Source: Candidatus Omnitrophota bacterium
GTDB taxonomy: Bacteria > Omnitrophota > Gorgyraeia > Zapsychrales > Fredricksoniimonadaceae
Reading direction: 5' to 3'
DNA: 64,000 nucleotides
NCBI GenBank assembly: GCA_037131245.1
Contig: JBAXRK010000012.1
Location: forward strand, 10,690 to 74,689
A program made the position numbers and the translations under genes. Of this stretch, positions 63,999 through 64,000 are shown in pieces. The number at the start of each line of letters is the position of its first letter. The stretch's first letter is position 1. The notes under the pieces were generated by a model, which was not told the DNA's origin, ran no database searches, and saw nothing but the letters and a program-made list of their open reading frames with translations.

Positions 63999-64000
63999 CC

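Noticed and set aside
37441-63718. Dozens of 60-370-aa ORFs in other frames inside the giant ORF (e.g. 53970-55079, 50424-51305, 41448-42305, 47187-47948)
   Set aside because: All are nested in or antisense to the giant frame, are R/P/G/H-rich and carry no recognisable motifs. The giant frame carries verified family motifs along its whole length.
37386-63998. Giant ORF as an NRPS/PKS megasynthase or as a repetitive adhesin/RTX toxin
   Set aside because: Only one FabD-like acyltransferase-type segment is present. I found no KS, ACP/PCP (GxDSL), condensation or adenylation motifs. I found no tandem Ig, cadherin or GGxGxD repeats.
1-64000. Scan for CRISPR arrays, rRNA/tRNA genes, transposases/integrases, phage genes, or long direct or inverted DNA repeats
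   Set aside because: I found none by eye. Intergenic space is small. The only DNA-level similarity I noticed is between the two paralogous genes at 17-22.5 kb. Proper repeat and tRNA finders were not available.

Overview
This 64-kb window is almost entirely coding, with nearly all genes on the minus strand. All calls are by-eye readings of the supplied ORF translations and the DNA. No searches were run, so domain names are motif-level hypotheses. The envelope genes (LptE-like, BamD-like, type IV minor pilins) point to a diderm bacterium. I cannot assign taxonomy from sequence alone. From memory, giant mosaic ORFs like the one here have been reported from uncultivated lineages such as Omnitrophota.

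Layout:
- 1-9.2 kb: one long housekeeping and envelope operon: leuS, an exported hypothetical, deoC, a secreted serpin, a UPF0316 membrane protein, comEA, comEC, a BamD-like TPR protein, lptE-like, and the start of holA.
- 9.3-12.4 kb: a PilV/PilW/PilX-like minor-pilin cluster.
- 12.5-15.1 kb, plus strand: thiS-thiG-thiH-thiF.
- 15.1-16.9 kb: mnmG.
- 17.0-22.5 kb: two tandem paralogous exported/membrane proteins of unknown function. They share an N-terminal domain of about 300 aa and an extreme C-terminal GGID...PGL.GVIIDI.P motif.
- 22.6-35.0 kb: a LacI-linked glycan-utilisation locus with a GH94-type phosphorylase, a sugar ABC transporter, a clan GH-A hydrolase, TPR-like, CBM-like and coiled-coil proteins.
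- 35.0-37.4 kb: three PilZ-domain genes and a CvpA-like gene.
- 37,386-63,998: a single uninterrupted minus-strand ORF of 8,870 codons, still open at the window edge.

The giant ORF is the standout. It is not a repetitive adhesin. It strings together more than 20 unrelated modules:
- Regulatory and signalling: HTH repeats, a Hanks-type kinase, PP2C, and a complete sigma-70.
- Nucleotide-related: two HADs, a P-loop NTPase, a deaminase-fold domain, LOG/PpnN-like domains, and a 5'-nucleotidase-like domain.
- Other enzyme-like modules: an LspA-like membrane region, GT2, GT9-like, an HExxH peptidase-like domain, a FabD-like acyltransferase, two SAM methyltransferases, and a GNAT-like domain.

Four polytopic membrane blocks interrupt the chain. 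A reiterated junction module bracketed by small-small-Met motifs separates the domains, giving a polyprotein-like architecture. I saw no rRNA, tRNA, CRISPR array, transposase or integrase.
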